36,522 nt of DNA from NCBI GenBank assembly GCA_030613835.1, contig JAUWLH010000002.1:1-36522 (forward strand), written 5' to 3'. The notes beneath the pieces are model-generated. The model saw only the letters and a list, made by a program, of their open reading frames with translations, was not told the DNA's origin and made no database searches. Shown piece by piece: positions 33,734 to 36,522 of this stretch (the first letter of the stretch is position 1; each line of letters opens with the position of its first letter). The position numbers and the translations under genes were made by a program. Origin of the DNA: Candidatus Bathyarchaeota archaeon. Lineage in GTDB: Archaea; Thermoproteota; Bathyarchaeia; TCS64.

Positions 33734-35941
33734 TTACTCCCTGACAATGTAATCGCTGGCCCTCGGCGGGTCTGGGCTCATGCCCTTGCGGGTCCTCGTC
33801 TTCTTGATGATATCCAGTAGCATATTGTCCGGTACGGGCGAGTAGTGGTCGAACGTCATCTGCCAGAAAGCGGTGCCGCTCGTGGCCGAACGCAGCTCCT
33901 GACTCAGGCCCAGCGACTCAGCGACCGGTATGAATCCCGTGACGTTGACAATGGGACCTTCCTGATTCACGCTCCTGATGCTGCCCCTCTTCTTGCTGAG
34001 GAGACCAGTCACGTTGCCCATCTCTAGTGTTGGTACGCGGACCTGGATCAGGCTGATTGGCTCCAGCAGTGTGGGGTTTGCGCTGAGGATGCCTGCGTAG
34101 AGCGCTTGCCTAACGGCTGGCAGCATCTGCGCTGGTCCACGGTGGACAGGGTCCTCGTGTAGCTTGATATCCACCATGTCGATGAGTATGCCCCTGACAC
34201 GCTCACCTGCGATGGGTCCCTCGTTGAGGGCCCATTGGAAGCCGCCGCTGATATGCTGCTTGACCTCCCTAAGTCCTTGGATTCCCACCGTTGAGTCGAT
34301 GAGCAGGTTGGCGTTCTCGTTTATGTCGAAGACACGCCTGGCCTGACGGGTTGTCCATCCCATCTCCTCCTTGAGGATAGCCTCACGCCTGGATGAGCTG
34401 ACGATCTCGCTGAGATCGCCCTTACGGATCAGCTCGATGATCTTGGGGTCAAGGGGGGTGAACTTGAAGAACACCCTGTTGTGCTTGTTGGGGCTCTTGC
34501 CCATGAATGGCCCTGCCTCCATCCTGATGGCCTCACGGTATACTACCATGGGCTCGGTCTGAATGATGTCCAGGCCATGTATGGATTTCAGGTCCTTGAC
34601 CGCGATCTCAAGGTGGAGCTCGCCCATCCCGCTCAGCAGGTACTCCCCAGTTTCCTGGTTGATGGTCGTTACCAGGTTGGGGTCCTGTATGCTCATCTTC
34701 TGCATGGCATCGATGAGTTTCGGCAGATCAGTGGGCTTCTTGGGCTCGACCGCCACTGTTAGAACGGGGTCTGATACGTACTTTATTGACTCGAACGGGG
34801 TTGCGATTCCCAGTAACTCTGGTCCGACGATGGTCTCTCCTGCACGGGCATCTGAGAGACCCATGAGTGCCACGATGTTCCCGGCTGGGATCTCGTCTAC
34901 GATCTCACGGTACGCGCCCATGTAGATGCTTACCTGCTGCGCCTTTGCGGTCTTCTCCGCGCCCACCAGGTGTAGGGTATCGCCCTTGCGGATGGTCCCG
35001 CTGAACACCCTGCCGGTACTGATGACTCCCGCCTGGGGGTCGATGATAACGTTACTGATACAGATGACAAGAGGACCATCGGGGTTAACGGCCAGCATGT
35101 TTTTACCCATGACTGATTCGGGGTCTCCCTTCCATATGTGGGCGATCCTCCTTGGCTGGTGCTCGTCAGGGTTTGGAAGCTTGTGCACTGCCAGGCCTAG
35201 TATGGCCTCGCTCAGCGGAAGCATCTCCTGAAGTTTCTCCAGCTCGTCGTTCTTGTACATCTCCAGGATCTTTGGCAGGGTCAGTCCCTTCGCGGCCAGC
35301 ATCGGGAGGGTGAACCCCCACCTGTCGAGAGCTGAACCGAAGGCCACCTGTCCGTCGCCGGCGTTGATGGTCCACTCGTTCTTGATCTCGTTTGGACCAT
35401 AGGTCTGGACGATCTCGTTGAACTTGTTGATGATCCTCAGGAGCTTGGTCTGGATCGCGCCAGCGTCCATCCTGAGCTCCTTGATGAGCCTATCGAACTT
35501 GTTGATATAACAAACGGGCTTTACGAACTCATCCAGGGCTACCCTGAGCCTGACCTCGGTCATGATCTGGAACTCCTCGACAGCATCCACTAGCAACACG
35601 CAGCCGTCAAGTGCCCTCATGGCCCTTGTAACCTTGCCTGAGAAATCAACGTGACCTGGCGTGTCGATGAGGTTGATGACATATTGTTCGTCTCCCTCCT
35701 CGTAGAGGAGGCTGATGTTTGCTGTCTTGATAGTGATACCTCGCCTCTGCTCTTCCTCTAGGAAGTCGAGGGCCCTAGCCTCTCCAGCCCTATTGGGGGC
35801 CATCAAACCGGCCATAGCTAGGAGGCTGTCGCTCATGGTAGTCTTGCCGTGGTCAATGTGGGCAATGATACCGATGTTACGGACCTTCTCCTTGTTATGC
35901 ATCAGCTTGAGGATTTCTTCAGTTTGCTTAAATCGTGGCAT
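33734..35941 (-). CDS. fusA: Translation elongation factor aEF-2
   Basis: 735 aa. G1 AHIDHGKTT, G2 RGITI, G3 DTPGHVDF, G4 NKFD, and the diphthamide-site context HEDPVHRGPAQ. Confidence 0.95.
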   Translation of the reverse strand: MPRFKQTEEILKLMHNKEKVRNIGIIAHIDHGKTTMSDSLLAMAGLMAPNRAGEARALDFLEEEQRRGITIKTANISLLYEEGDEQYVINLIDTPGHVDFSGKVTRAMRALDGCVLLVDAVEEFQIMTEVRLRVALDEFVKPVCYINKFDRLIKELRMDAGAIQTKLLRIINKFNEIVQTYGPNEIKNEWTINAGDGQVAFGSALDRWGFTLPMLAAKGLTLPKILEMYKNDELEKLQEMLPLSEAILGLAVHKLPNPDEHQPRRIAHIWKGDPESVMGKNMLAVNPDGPLVICISNVIIDPQAGVISTGRVFSGTIRKGDTLHLVGAEKTAKAQQVSIYMGAYREIVDEIPAGNIVALMGLSDARAGETIVGPELLGIATPFESIKYVSDPVLTVAVEPKKPTDLPKLIDAMQKMSIQDPNLVTTINQETGEYLLSGMGELHLEIAVKDLKSIHGLDIIQTEPMVVYREAIRMEAGPFMGKSPNKHNRVFFKFTPLDPKIIELIRKGDLSEIVSSSRREAILKEEMGWTTRQARRVFDINENANLLIDSTVGIQGLREVKQHISGGFQWALNEGPIAGERVRGILIDMVDIKLHEDPVHRGPAQMLPAVRQALYAGILSANPTLLEPISLIQVRVPTLEMGNVTGLLSKKRGSIRSVNQEGPIVNVTGFIPVAESLGLSQELRSATSGTAFWQMTFDHYSPVPDNMLLDIIKKTRTRKGMSPDPPRASDYIVRE

Positions 35942-36067
35942 AAATGATCCTTTTTCCTTAAGTATAATTTGACTATAGACACCTACAGGGGTCTTTTAAA
36001 CCCTTCCCAGCGTAATTACACGGCCAGTGCCCTGAAGAATCGTATATAGCGCGCGCTTAACTGGAAT

Positions 36068-36522
36068 TTATGTTAATCCAGTGCGCTCACTTGCCACTCC
36101 ACCTACTAGGTGGTATAGTATAGCTAACTTGATTTTGGTTAATCCGTAGAGACTGGGTGCATATAACTCTGTTAACTTTTCTACTAGGTCTGGGTTCTTG
36201 CTGAGTTCAACTACTCGTTGACGGATACATTCATCTGGGGTGGGTTTCAATGTGGGCTACCTCGAGAGGGATATAAGTGAACAAGGTCTGCGAGGTTAAC
36301 CATTCCTTAACCAGTTTACAATAAACAAGGAACCACGGTTCTGAATATGTTGCAATATTCAGATTGGATCCATTAATGAATACGTTAAAACGGTGAAGAA
36401 GTTTGGTCCAAGTTACCGAGGACTTGAACAGGGTCATATTTAATAAAAATCCCTTGTTTAGATGTTGATTCAATCCATGGGTCATTGGGTTACGTTTATT
36501 CTGGGTGAGGGAGCTGATTGAA
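36068..36522 (-). pseudogene. Decayed, 3'-truncated MCM-family helicase relic; the upstream part runs off the window
   Basis: The frame at 36068-36250 gives ...IRQRVVELSKNPDLVEKLTELYAPSLYGLTKIKLAILYHLVGGV..., matching the MCM linker / pre-Walker A region (APSIYG...K.A....GG), then stops before any Walker A. The preceding MCM-like LFTYIPLEVAHIE is in a different frame (ORF 36231-36485), so at least one frameshift is implied. The region is AT-rich relative to its flanks. Confidence 0.5.

Noticed and set aside
34371-35231. Chain of plus-strand ORFs of 60-120 aa (34371-34562, 34481-34762, 34563-34925, 34926-35231)
   Set aside because: They are antisense to aEF-2 and have no independent signals.
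1-36522. CRISPR arrays, IS elements, integrases, toxin-antitoxin or other known defence cassettes
   Set aside because: I looked for regularly spaced repeats, terminal inverted repeats, and transposase-, integrase- or nuclease-NTPase-like ORFs. None was found. The only repeats are the uS3 coding repeat and the 43-bp pair.

Overview
Archaeal chromosomal fragment of about 50% GC. The archaeal assignment rests on archaea/eukaryote-specific ribosomal proteins eS4, eL19 and eL32, plus aEF-2, EndA, NucS and an Rpp29 gene inside the ribosomal protein cluster. The gene content (SDR-type threonine dehydrogenase, MOFRL glycerate 2-kinase, NucS) would fit a Thermoplasmatota-like euryarchaeon, but I cannot verify that without a database search.

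The core of the window (15.9-28.1 kb, minus strand) is the conserved ribosomal-protein supercluster: uL3-uL4-uL23-uL2-uS19 | uL22-uS3-uL29-Rpp29-uS17-uL14-uL24-eS4-uL5-uS14-uS8-uL6-eL32-eL19-uL18-uS5-uL30-uL15-SecY. Downstream of it lie AlaX, HisRS, EndA, a type IA topoisomerase, an MFS transporter, a NucS/MBL-hydrolase pair, a divergent threonine dehydrogenase/2-amino-3-ketobutyrate ligase pair, a 2-hydroxyacid dehydrogenase, a double winged-helix regulator and a partial M16 peptidase. Upstream of it lie an HflX-endonuclease III fusion ORF, a clan GH-A glycosidase, GrpB, a small Toprim protein, glycerate 2-kinase and aEF-2, with a decayed MCM helicase relic at the right edge.

Three genes missing from the ORF track were recovered by hand: the partial M16 peptidase (1-710), uS14 (19879-20043, TTG start) and a 56-aa C2H2 zinc-finger protein (7725-7895).

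I found no CRISPR array, tRNA or rRNA gene, transposase, integrase or recognisable defence system, and no novel multi-gene system. The most unusual items are:
- a single 616-aa ORF fusing a complete HflX GTPase to a complete endonuclease III domain whose Fe-S motif carries His in place of the second Cys
- a roughly 250-aa internally repeated acidic extension on ribosomal protein uS3
- a 43-bp promoter-like element present in two direct copies 6.3 kb apart
- a gene-poor region of about 670 bp holding a stop-interrupted reading frame
- the truncated MCM pseudogene next to aEF-2
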